Assembly: GCA_041678125.1 (NCBI GenBank)
Contig: JBAYOS010000001.1
Coordinates: 1-35,383 of the forward strand
DNA length: 35,383 nucleotides
DNA from: Monoglobales bacterium
Lineage (GTDB): Bacteria; Bacillota; Clostridia; RUG12999
Direction of reading: 5' to 3'
The position numbers were made by a program, and so were the translations under genes. The notes under the pieces were generated by a model. That model worked only from the letters and a program-made list of their open reading frames with translations, was not told the origin of the DNA and did not search any database. Numbering within the stretch: position 1 is the first letter of the stretch; each line of letters opens with the position of its first letter. Positions 1-7,599 of this stretch are shown piece after piece.

Positions 1-3000
1 GGTCGTATAATTTCATCGCTTTTGGGGTCTTGTTCTATTAGTTCCTTTCTTTTCGCTCCATTTACGATAAATGCATCATTGAAACCTGTTTTTATTCCAT
101 AATTTATTTGGATATTCCAATCTTTGAGAGGTATTCCTGCTAGTTCTATTTTTTTCTTTATACGTTGTTCGATAGGGGATAAAACAATCCAACTGTTTGA
201 GGAATTAAAATTAATTTCAGAAGCATTTTGTCTAATGAAAACGCTCAAATTTTTTATACCATCATTTTTGACAACGCAAGCTTGTGTTTTTTCAGCATTT
301 TTTTCTTTCGAAAAAAGTAAAATATTGACATCAACAGTTGCGGAATCGAAAATTTTTGTCCCTGCAAAATCAATTAATTGAATTGGATTTGTTTTTTCTG
401 CAAAAAATCTCCTAGTTTCTTCACCATATCCCGCCCTGAGCCATTTGTTTGAAGTTATAAAACATAAAATACCTTTCGGATTCAATAGATTATAACCCAA
501 TTCATAAAACAAACAGTATATATCTCCCGTCCGGACAAAAGTTTGGTAATTCATCAGAGCTAATGCGTCGGTAGCTTTTCCCATTTTTTGAAGCTGTATA
601 TATGGTGGATTTCCAATAATACAATCGAATCCCATAAAATTACCTACATTATCTAATACTTCAGGAAACTCGAATCGCCATTCAAACGCTCCTAAATAGA
701 TTTTATTTGTTTCTATTTCCTTGAAATAATCTTCAAATTTTTTGACTTCAATTTTTAATTTTTCTATTTCCTTAGTTTTGGCTTTCTTTTCTTTTGCTGT
801 CAATTCAAATAATTCAGGTGCTTCCAAATTAATAATTTGACCTCTCTTCTTACTTAATTGAATATACTTTGTGTCGTTTTTGGCAATTTCTGTTTTTAAT
901 GTTGATTTTATAGAATCAATCAACTGATTAATTTTCTTTTTACTTTCTTTGTCGGGTGCATTTTTATATTCTGCAACCGCATTTTTGTATTCAGCTATAT
1001 TAACATCTGATTGTTTCAGCACTTGCTTCAAATCTGTATTAACATCGAAGCGAGAAAGTAATGAATTTCCGCATTTGATATTTATATCAATATTCGGCAA
1101 TGTTTCTAAATCTGTATAATCACTCTCTTTGGTATAATATGCATTTTTTAGAAGTTCAATCCATAATCGCAAACGACAAATATTTACTGAGTTCGGATTA
1201 ATATCAACCCCGAATAAGCAATTTTCAATAATTGTTTGCTTTTCATGAAACAGAGTTTCCTGTATCCGTTGGCTTTCCTGATTTTTGGGAATATACGAAA
1301 ATTGGTCTCCTTCATCATCAGAAATAATCAATTCATCATTTATAATTTCAAAACTATAATTCTGCCTTATTCGTTTTCCGTTTTTATCTACCAATATTCC
1401 TAATTCGTATTTGATTTGGATAATCTCATTCAACGCCGAAACCAAAAAATGTCCTGAACCAACGGCTGGGTCGCAAATTTTTAAACTATTAATGATTTCA
1501 TTAGCTTCGACAATATTGTCTATTTTGTTGTAAAGGTCAACCAACGATTCGCAGTTCCAACTGTATTTTGTATTAAACTTCTGTATAATGGTGCGTTCTA
1601 TTGCTTGGCGACACATATACATGGTTACAAATCCGGGGGTAAAAACAGCTCCATCTTTATGACCATTGATTTTTTCAAAAATAAGTCCTAAAACCGAAGC
1701 ACTTATCAATGTCTTCGCTTCAACTTGCACTTCCTCACTTCCCTCACTTGAAAAATCGTATGCTTCCAAGAACTCAAATAAATAATGAAGTGTTGATAAT
1801 TGCTTATATCTTGGCTTGTTCTTTTTATCTTTTAATACACTTCCCGAGAACAGTGACAATTCTAAATTTGGAGAAAGATTGCTTATAACAATAGTAATGT
1901 ATTCCAAATCGCTTATTTCAAATAATGAACTATTGAGATAAGGAACATGTTTGTATTTGCTTTGTACCGATTGTGTTCGATCTTTATGTTGACGTGCAAG
2001 AACCTGAAAAAATAGCCGGTTCAACTCATCATAATCATTTATAGCATTGACATTTAAAAATCCTAATTTTTTATTTCCTTTATGATATTTGATTAATTGG
2101 CTTTCGAGTAATTTCAAGAACAGAATTCTGTTAATCCATGTAATATTTAATTGCAGGGCAACGTTGAATAATTGTTCTTGCCTATTTTCACCAAAAGATG
2201 ATAAATTCGAAATTTTATCAAGCCTATCTTCGGCATCCAAGATATTTATTGTATTTTCAATTAATGAAGCATCTTCTCTGTTTTTTTCTGATTTTCTCTT
2301 GATGATTTTTTTATTCTCGATTGAAACTTCTTCCAATCCAATAATATGCAATAATTCATTGTAGAAATTCTTATTTAACGAGTTGCTGTCATTTTGAAAA
2401 GAGAGTTTTAGTAAATGTGTCGGGCTAAAAATTTTATATAACTCAATCAGTTTTTTATTTGACTCTGAATTAGGAGTGTTAAGCCATTTTTCATACGTCC
2501 GTATATCAAAATATGTAAATTCAATCTGCTCTTTTACATCTTCGATATATTTACCGGCAATTTCTTTATAAAAAAAATCGGTATTGGAACTTACTTTTCT
2601 ATCTGTTGAAAAATCCTTGTACTCTTTTATCAGTTTTGAATTGGAGTAAAACAATCGTTCAAATTCTTGAGCATCAAAAATATAAAATTCATAGATATTT
2701 GTTACAACCAGATATTTTAAATCGGTATTTTTATCATCTACTCGCTCTCGCAAATAATAAAGCAAGAGTTCCTGTAATGCTTTTTTATTCAAATTGTTTA
2801 CAGAAATCATTTCTGATGTATTGTTAGGCTTTTTTACTTCAAATAACAATGCAACAGGCGATTTTGCTTCGTGTCCCGAATGAATAACAAAGTCGATCCG
2901 TCCTTTCTGAGCAACTAAGTATTCAGGAAAGAAATAAGTATTTTTCAGGAAATCCATTAAATGGGTTTTCGTATTTTCTTCTGATTCGTTTTCATCGATA

Positions 3001-3104
3001 ACATGAAATAAATTTGTCAAATTATTTTGAAATTTCGAAAACTCTTCTGTTGTTACTTTAATTTGGCGATAAGTTTTGTTTATTGACAGAGACGGTTTAA
3101 ACAT
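1..3104 (-). CDS. Type IIG restriction-modification enzyme: fused PD-(D/E)xK nuclease, gamma-class N6-adenine DNA methyltransferase and TaqI/Eco57I-like specificity domain. The 3' end runs off the window (>1034 aa).
   Basis: Hand translation of the minus strand from ATG 3104-3102 stays open to position 1; the ORF track misses it because no stop lies in the window. N-terminal motif GRIDFVIHSG..ALLFEVKKP is D..ExK nuclease-like. SAM motif I ICDPAVGSGHFL sits near 1450-1480. Motif IV IIGNPPYIQLQ has NPPY at 600-611. The TRD motif NYGIKTGFNDAFIV lies near the left edge. Confidence 0.8.
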   Translation of the reverse strand, partial: MFKPSLSINKTYRQIKVTTEEFSKFQNNLTNLFHVIDENESEENTKTHLMDFLKNTYFFPEYLVAQKGRIDFVIHSGHEAKSPVALLFEVKKPNNTSEMISVNNLNKKALQELLLYYLRERVDDKNTDLKYLVVTNIYEFYIFDAQEFERLFYSNSKLIKEYKDFSTDRKVSSNTDFFYKEIAGKYIEDVKEQIEFTYFDIRTYEKWLNTPNSESNKKLIELYKIFSPTHLLKLSFQNDSNSLNKNFYNELLHIIGLEEVSIENKKIIKRKSEKNREDASLIENTINILDAEDRLDKISNLSSFGENRQEQLFNVALQLNITWINRILFLKLLESQLIKYHKGNKKLGFLNVNAINDYDELNRLFFQVLARQHKDRTQSVQSKYKHVPYLNSSLFEISDLEYITIVISNLSPNLELSLFSGSVLKDKKNKPRYKQLSTLHYLFEFLEAYDFSSEGSEEVQVEAKTLISASVLGLIFEKINGHKDGAVFTPGFVTMYMCRQAIERTIIQKFNTKYSWNCESLVDLYNKIDNIVEANEIINSLKICDPAVGSGHFLVSALNEIIQIKYELGILVDKNGKRIRQNYSFEIINDELIISDDEGDQFSYIPKNQESQRIQETLFHEKQTIIENCLFGVDINPNSVNICRLRLWIELLKNAYYTKESDYTDLETLPNIDINIKCGNSLLSRFDVNTDLKQVLKQSDVNIAEYKNAVAEYKNAPDKESKKKINQLIDSIKSTLKTEIAKNDTKYIQLSKKRGQIINLEAPELFELTAKEKKAKTKEIEKLKIEVKKFEDYFKEIETNKIYLGAFEWRFEFPEVLDNVGNFMGFDCIIGNPPYIQLQKMGKATDALALMNYQTFVRTGDIYCLFYELGYNLLNPKGILCFITSNKWLRAGYGEETRRFFAEKTNPIQLIDFAGTKIFDSATVDVNILLFSKEKNAEKTQACVVKNDGIKNLSVFIRQNASEINFNSSNSWIVLSPIEQRIKKKIELAGIPLKDWNIQINYGIKTGFNDAFIVNGAKRKELIEQDPKSDEIIR

Positions 3105-3230
3105 GATTGATTAAATTATTGTACGAATTATAGGTGTATATAATTTAGGCAAAAATACCAATATATTTTAACAAAAAACTGTTTGAAAAAACTTTTTTCA
3201 CTGTTTTGTTCGACAATTATCAAATTCAAT

Positions 3231-3845
3231 TCATTTTCTTTTGTCTTTAATACTGGGATCAAACGAAATCAGATTAAACATTTCTCTCATTCGGGAACGG
3301 ACGCGGTTGCCGTAGTAGTCTTCGAGTTCGGAAGCGGAAAGATTGGTGGTAGCGTGGGTAATCATGTGATTGGATATGAAGTGGTCGTAACGAGAAAGAA
3401 GGATTTCACCCATGACGTTACACTCGTTACCGTAGTATTTGAGGGCGCTCTCGGAACCTAAATCGTCGAAGCAGGTTTTGTAGGGTTGGTTGTTGGTGTT
3501 ATAGGCGCTGGTGCTGTAGCGCTGAATGATTTCGTAGCCGTGTTTTATGAAGTCGAAGGTTATTTCGCGGCAGGACTTTATGCCAAAGCGTTGTTCGTGT
3601 GGCAGGGTTGCACGCATTAAGGTTATTAAACTGGTTTTACCACAACCGACAGGACCTGTCAGAAGGATTCCTTTGTTGAGGTTTATGTTGTGGTGTGCTG
3701 CCATTTGTTCGTGTTTCAGGAAGTAAGCTAAGAGTTTGGTTATTATTTCATGGTCTTCGGGATAGATTTTGAAATGAAGCCCGAAAAGGTTTTTGCCGAC
3801 TGTTTCTATGTGTGATATGTAAGTTTCATTTACCATTCTGTTCAT
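3231..3845 (-). CDS. P-loop ATPase, DnaC/IstB-like helicase-loader type
   Basis: Walker A LLTGPVGCGKTS and Walker B-like CFDDLGSE. It lies immediately downstream of the DnaD-like protein gene. Confidence 0.65.
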   Translation of the reverse strand: MNRMVNETYISHIETVGKNLFGLHFKIYPEDHEIITKLLAYFLKHEQMAAHHNINLNKGILLTGPVGCGKTSLITLMRATLPHEQRFGIKSCREITFDFIKHGYEIIQRYSTSAYNTNNQPYKTCFDDLGSESALKYYGNECNVMGEILLSRYDHFISNHMITHATTNLSASELEDYYGNRVRSRMREMFNLISFDPSIKDKRK

Positions 3846-3862
3846 TTACTATTTTGAAGATA

Positions 3863-3895
3863 ATAAAGACCGTAAGGATTGTAAAGTCGATAAAG
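3863..3895. repeat. Four RTAARG units phased at exactly 9 bp (ATAAAG 3863, GTAAGG 3872, GTAAAG 3881, ATAAAG 3890)
   Basis: Read directly from the sequence. The same 4 x 9-bp array recurs at 5508-5540 and 6126-6158. Confidence 0.8.
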
Positions 3896-3916
3896 ATTTA
3901 ATTCTCTATGATCATT

Positions 3917-4849
3917 TTAGAGTGGTTCTGAATAGTTTTTGTTGGCTTGGGTGTGAAGTTGGCTTGCGCTTGGTGTTTGTTTCGTTGGTGCAAATTCAGG
4001 GATTTTGAGAATCCAGTTGCGGGCGGCAGCCTGCCAGTCTTTCATGGGTGTGCGTCCACCGACTTTCCAACCGTTGCTTTGGAAGTAATTGAAAAACTTT
4101 TGCGCTTCGCGTTCGGTACTGTTTTCTTTGAGAAAAAATTGCTTGATTTCGGCAAGCGTAGCGGGCGGAACTTTTTGGCCGTTGATTTCAACGATTTTTG
4201 CTTTGTTCTTGCTTACTTTCACAACCACTTCATTTTTTGAACCTGTACCATTTTCAGTACTGCTCCCTCTCTCTATATTATCTAGAATATTTATAATATT
4301 ATTAATATTAGAGAGAGGGGATTTTGCCTGTTCATTTTTTGACCTGCCTGTTTGTTGGTCGGGTGTAGTGTTTTTTCCTTGTTCTACGGCTTCTGTCGCA
4401 TTCAGCGGATTGTTATTTGTCCCGCCTGAATTTTGAACGGGTTCAGTATTCGGCTGGGATAGATTTTGAACAGGTTCAGCATTTGAACTGCTTTCAGGGA
4501 TAAGTGGTTCATTATTTGGTGTGGTTTGTGTCGATACTTGTTCGGATTTTAGCCTGCCTAACTGAAAGTCAATCATAAAAATACTGCTTCCCGTAACGGG
4601 ATTGAATGAGGGTTGGTAATCGAGATAGCCGAGATTATGCAGGTCTTTTATGCACTTATGATAGGTGGCTTTAGCAGCTATTTTACTGAGCCGCATTAAA
4701 TCCTGTCGTGAAACGGAAATCGGATTTCGGAAATGATTGGCGTTCCAGTATTGGAAGATAGCCATATAAAGGCTGATATGTGTTGGGTTTAATCGAGTGT
4801 CGGAAGCGACGCGATTGAAGAAATTGGATAGGTGGCGAATGTAGTTCAT
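3917..4849 (-). CDS. Putative replication-initiation / DnaD-like DNA-binding protein with a low-complexity Q/N/P/T linker
   Basis: The N-terminal block MNYIRHLSNFF..LNPTHISLYMAIFQYWN..ISVSRQDLMRLSKI is winged-helix-like. The C-terminal block FFNYFQSNGWKVGG..MKDWQAAARNWI is typical of Bacteroides element/phage replisome-organizer-like proteins. It is paired with a DnaC-like ATPase. Confidence 0.45.
   Translation of the reverse strand: MNYIRHLSNFFNRVASDTRLNPTHISLYMAIFQYWNANHFRNPISVSRQDLMRLSKIAAKATYHKCIKDLHNLGYLDYQPSFNPVTGSSIFMIDFQLGRLKSEQVSTQTTPNNEPLIPESSSNAEPVQNLSQPNTEPVQNSGGTNNNPLNATEAVEQGKNTTPDQQTGRSKNEQAKSPLSNINNIINILDNIERGSSTENGTGSKNEVVVKVSKNKAKIVEINGQKVPPATLAEIKQFFLKENSTEREAQKFFNYFQSNGWKVGGRTPMKDWQAAARNWILKIPEFAPTKQTPSASQLHTQANKNYSEPL
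4265..4319. repeat. 11-bp perfect inverted repeat (ccctctctcta / tagagagaggg) enclosing a 33-bp pure A/T stretch, inside the linker of the replication-like gene
   Basis: Arms at 4265-4275 and 4309-4319, read directly. TTTGAAC-containing repeats flank it at about 4237, 4431, 4464 and 4485. Confidence 0.7.
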
Positions 4850-4940
4850 GGGTTATATTTACTATTTGTTCATTTACGATTTACTATTTTTTTGAACACG
4901 GATTACGCGGATTACACAGATTTTGATAGTTTATCTAGCC

Positions 4941-5128
4941 TCCCTTTTGTCTTGATACAAAAGGGACAAAAAATCAAGACTGCGCCCGCTTCGCTCAAAA
5001 AATTAGTCGCTTACAGGCTAAAATCCTTAAACTCGTTTCTCCCTCCGGTCGAAACTCAAACAGTAAGTCTTTTTACGCCTGTTTCACTCCATTTTTCGGC
5101 TCACCGGACGAGGTCAGAGGAAGAGAGC
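4941..5128 (+). repeat. Repeat family A, copy 1. It lacks the 5' GGGGC..GCCCC hairpin present in the other copies.
   Basis: Aligns with 25674-25886 and 27927-28140. Shared blocks are AAAAAATCAAGnCTnCGCCCGCTTCGCTC.AAAAATT and ATTTTTCGGCTCACCGGACGAGG, plus two hairpins with compensatory changes. Confidence 0.85.
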
Positions 5129-5161
5129 GTTCATTACGGTTGTTCTCATTTTTCGTGATTG

Positions 5162-5437
5162 TTAAGTTACTTTTTGTTTGTTTTTGTTGAGTAATTTTTC
5201 TATGTCGTTGAGGTTGTAGTACATAGTTCCGCCGATTTTGGTGTAGGGCAAAGTGCCGTTTATCCGCAGGGTTTGAAGTGTACCGGGAGAAATGTTGAGT
5301 AGTTTTCGGACTTCGGCGGATTTGAGCCATTTTTTAGTGGTTATATCCTTTTGATTGTTTAGGATGGTACGAATGTCTTCGAGTAGTTGTGTTTTGAATT
5401 CGTACAGGTCGTCGAGGGTAATGATTTGTGCTGACAT
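5162..5437 (-). CDS. Excisionase/MerR-type helix-turn-helix DNA-binding protein
   Basis: WLKSAEVRKLLNISPGTLQTLRINGTLPYTKIGGTMYYNLNDIEKLL is the HTH_17-type motif common in Bacteroides Xis-like proteins. Confidence 0.7.
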   Translation of the reverse strand: MSAQIITLDDLYEFKTQLLEDIRTILNNQKDITTKKWLKSAEVRKLLNISPGTLQTLRINGTLPYTKIGGTMYYNLNDIEKLLNKNKQKVT

Positions 5438-5507
5438 AATGATATTTACGATTTTAAAATTTACGATTTACTATTTTTTTAGAACACGGATTAACACGGA
5501 TTTTTTG

Positions 5508-5540
5508 ATAAAGCCAATAAGGACTGTAAAGTCGGTAAGG
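5508..5540. repeat. Four RTAARG units phased at 9 bp (5508, 5517, 5526, 5535)
   Basis: Read directly from the sequence. Confidence 0.8.
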
Positions 5541-5558
5541 TCTTTTGGTTGTTGTTGT

Positions 5559-6092
5559 TTATTGATAATCTAAGGCTCGGTTGAACCAACCGTAGAGGTA
5601 TTTTTGATTGCTTGGCCGTTTTTTGATAATGGAGAGGTAGTGCGATATTTTGGCAAGGGTAAAGGCTGACAAAAAGTGGTTTGGATTGAAGACGTTGAGT
5701 TTTTCGAGCGTTTGTGGGCCTATAATTCCATCGACATCTGCTCCAATAATGTTTTGGGCTAAACGGACACTGGTTTTGATTCCGGCGTTTATAGCAAAAT
5801 CGAAAACGGAATCCGCAACAGCTTGGGTTTCTATTTTATCGGCGTTGAGTGGTTGCCAATAATTGGCATAATAGAATTGTTCGATTTGTTGTTGTAGTTC
5901 GGTGTTTTGGTCGAGTGTTTTGGGGAAATTTTCTTTGGTTTTGTAATTGTCGATTGTTGCCCAGCCTGACCAAGTGGGATGTGCTGCGCGGGAAATGCCT
6001 TTGTAGGTTTCGCCGCCTGAATCATCGGGGTCGTGAACGTAGCCACCTTCGTGAAGTAAGGTTTTGTGAAGTGCGAATTTAAAGTTTGCCAT
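5559..6092 (-). CDS. GH108 N-acetylmuramidase with C-terminal peptidoglycan-binding domain
   Basis: LHEGGYVHDPDDSGGETYKGISR matches the GH108 signature. DGIIGPQTLEKL matches the PG_binding_3-type segment. Confidence 0.8.
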   Translation of the reverse strand: MANFKFALHKTLLHEGGYVHDPDDSGGETYKGISRAAHPTWSGWATIDNYKTKENFPKTLDQNTELQQQIEQFYYANYWQPLNADKIETQAVADSVFDFAINAGIKTSVRLAQNIIGADVDGIIGPQTLEKLNVFNPNHFLSAFTLAKISHYLSIIKKRPSNQKYLYGWFNRALDYQ

Positions 6093-6125
6093 GATTTTTT
6101 GATTTGCTATTATAAGTTTACCATT

Positions 6126-6158
6126 TTAAAGACCGTAAGGTCTGTAAAGCCTATAAGG
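6126..6158. repeat. Four (R/T)TAARG units phased at 9 bp (6126, 6135, 6144, 6153)
   Basis: Read directly from the sequence. Confidence 0.8.
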
Positions 6159-6220
6159 TTATTGTATTGACTTATGTTTTTGTTTGCATGACAAAGTTGG
6201 TGGGTTTATTCGGAATATTT

Positions 6221-6245
6221 TCCCAATGTGTTCCACATGTGGAAT
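6221..6245. promoter_or_regulatory. 25-bp box with a perfect 14-bp palindrome core TTCCACATGTGGAA (6231-6244). A second copy lies at 6546-6570.
   Basis: tcccaatgtgttccacatgtggaat versus tcccaaggtgttccacatgtggaat, 24 of 25 identical. Confidence 0.6.
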
Positions 6246-6269
6246 GAGTTTTTTGAGTTAAAAATTGTA

Positions 6270-6307
6270 AATAGAAAAAACATACTTATTTGTATGTTTT
6301 TTCTATT
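6270..6307 (-). terminator. 16-bp hairpin spanning the rteC stop codon
   Basis: aatagaaaaaacatac (6270-6285) pairs with gtatgttttttctatt (6292-6307). The loop contains the TAA stop. There is no strong T-tract. Confidence 0.45.
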
Positions 6308-7125
6308 CTTCGAAGAAGCGATTTTTTCAAATCATCCAAAAATTGAGTTGGATTCTTACGCCTTTTAATATCTTGCAAATCACGATATATGCTGTCTTTG
6401 ATTTCTATGTCGAATAAAATACCCAAGGCTTCGGAAAGTTCGTTTATTTCGCATTTTCCGTTGTTGATTGCTCCCGAATCGGCAAGCGAATAAGTAAGTT
6501 CTTCCAGCTCAATTTTAGTTCCCGTCCACTTGAATTTACCCAAAATCCCAAGGTGTTCCACATGTGGAATTCGGGATTTCAACGCAATTTTTTCAATTTC
6601 GAAATTCAGATAGGTTTCCAATTGGTCGTAAGCAATTATTTTTGCGATGGTATAATCGTGAATTGTTGAGAAATCTTCATCGAAATCCGTACTATCTATT
6701 TTCTGAGTCAAATCCAGCCTCCTGCGAACAAAATATTTGTCGTCCAAATGAGTTGAGCGCATTCGATAATATTGATAAAACTCTTTATGCTCGTTAAAGA
6801 AGAATGTCAGTTTTTTCAAACGCTGCCTCAAGTATTTTTCTTGTTCCTCATGGCAACCAACCGGACGGAGGCTTTCGATTTTCGTCATCTTTCTGTGATA
6901 GATATGCTTGCTCTGCAAATCGGGCTTCAACTTTTTGAAAAAAAGGATTTCCTCTTCTTCATTTTCAAAGGTGTATTCCAAAAGAAATGCCTTGAGTTCG
7001 TTCAAGGCATTTTTCACATAAGCTAAAGATTCCAATGATTTATCTATAATGTTGTGTGTTTGTAATTCAACGGTTTGTAATTGAGCCGCTAATTTATTGT
7101 TTAGGTCAGCAATAAAATTTTGCAT
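6286..7125 (-). CDS. rteC: RteC-family regulator
   Basis: Family-typical blocks LFFKKLKPDL.SK.IY, FYQYYR and DDKYFVRRR, at about 280 aa. Confidence 0.8.
   Translation of the reverse strand: MQNFIADLNNKLAAQLQTVELQTHNIIDKSLESLAYVKNALNELKAFLLEYTFENEEEEILFFKKLKPDLQSKHIYHRKMTKIESLRPVGCHEEQEKYLRQRLKKLTFFFNEHKEFYQYYRMRSTHLDDKYFVRRRLDLTQKIDSTDFDEDFSTIHDYTIAKIIAYDQLETYLNFEIEKIALKSRIPHVEHLGILGKFKWTGTKIELEELTYSLADSGAINNGKCEINELSEALGILFDIEIKDSIYRDLQDIKRRKNPTQFLDDLKKSLLRRIEKTYK
6546..6570. promoter_or_regulatory. Second copy of the TTCCACATGTGGAA box, inside the rteC coding sequence (it encodes ..IPHVEHLGILG..)
   Basis: Same 25-mer as at 6221-6245. It is additionally nested in the outer arms aaatccc/gggattt. 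Confidence 0.6.
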
Positions 7126-7265
7126 TCGGACTTCAGGTTATTATGGCAATTATTTTTGTTTAAGTAAGTTTCTTAGTAATATTCAAAAAATAAGTTTCCT
7201 ATTTTTGAACGCAAAGGCTCGAAGTCGCGAAGGCTTTTTCTTGATTATTTTTAATTTAAGAACGC

Positions 7266-7294
7266 GAAGAAAAAATTCCGATAAATCGGAATTT
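7266..7294 (-). terminator. Intrinsic terminator-like hairpin followed by a T-tract on the minus strand
   Basis: The stem attccga/tcggaat can be extended by A:T pairs. The minus strand then reads TTTTTTC after the stem. It lies between the PUL and rteC. Confidence 0.5.
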
Positions 7295-7542
7295 CCCTTT
7301 CCGTCTTAGTTTATAATTATTGTTTTCTTCGTGTTTTAAATTCGATAACTTATTTTTTAAACGTTACTTAGTTTATTATTTCGACACATGGGTTCTCATA
7401 AAAAATCAATGAATTTAGTCGTTTTGCACGATTCGGCAGTTATCATACTGAACTTGATTCAATACAAAACAAGTTTTAGTTCTCTTCTTGCTGCTTAGTC
7501 ATAGAATTCACACTATAATTTTAGGTATCTATGAGTAAAACT

Positions 7543-7567
7543 AAGGCGGGATTAAACATCCCGCCTT
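7543..7567 (-). terminator. Intrinsic terminator-like hairpin downstream of the T9SS-sorted protein gene
   Basis: aaggcggga/tcccgcctt forms a 9-bp GC-rich stem with a 7-nt loop. The minus strand continues AGTTTTAC. Confidence 0.55.
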
Positions 7568-7599
7568 ATACAAAAAAGCGACCGTCTTTCGACCTGCTT

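Larger units (their letters stand above)
1..7125. mobile_element. Module of an integrated (CTn/ICE- or phage-like) element: RM, ATPase, replication-like protein, HTH, muramidase, RteC. Boundaries unknown and the left end lies outside the window.
   Basis: Gene content is typical of Bacteroides integrative elements (RteC, excisionase-type HTH, GH108 lysozyme, DnaD-like plus DnaC-like pair). All genes are co-oriented, with modular repeated intergenic cassettes. Confidence 0.45.

Noticed and set aside
124-2827. Plus-strand ORFs 124..381, 2089..2364 and 2606..2827 from the track
   Set aside because: They lie antisense to the uninterrupted reading frame of more than 1034 codons of the type IIG RM gene. 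They are low-complexity F/I/L/S-rich translations of AT-rich DNA with no recognisable motifs.
3105-3230. Possible terminator in the A/T-rich gap between the ATPase and RM genes
   Set aside because: Only weak A:T-only pairings can be drawn (gaaaaaac/ttttttc), and the arms are not cleanly complementary.
4832-5158. ORFs that run through repeat family A (4832..5158 +, 25665..25892 -, 27829..28038 +) and a shared peptide K(I/V)K..PASL.KL in one plus frame
   Set aside because: There is no conserved start codon; only copy 3 has an ATG. The frames end at different places. The nucleotide pattern is one of conserved unpaired blocks with compensatory stem changes, which fits a structured element and not a coding sequence.
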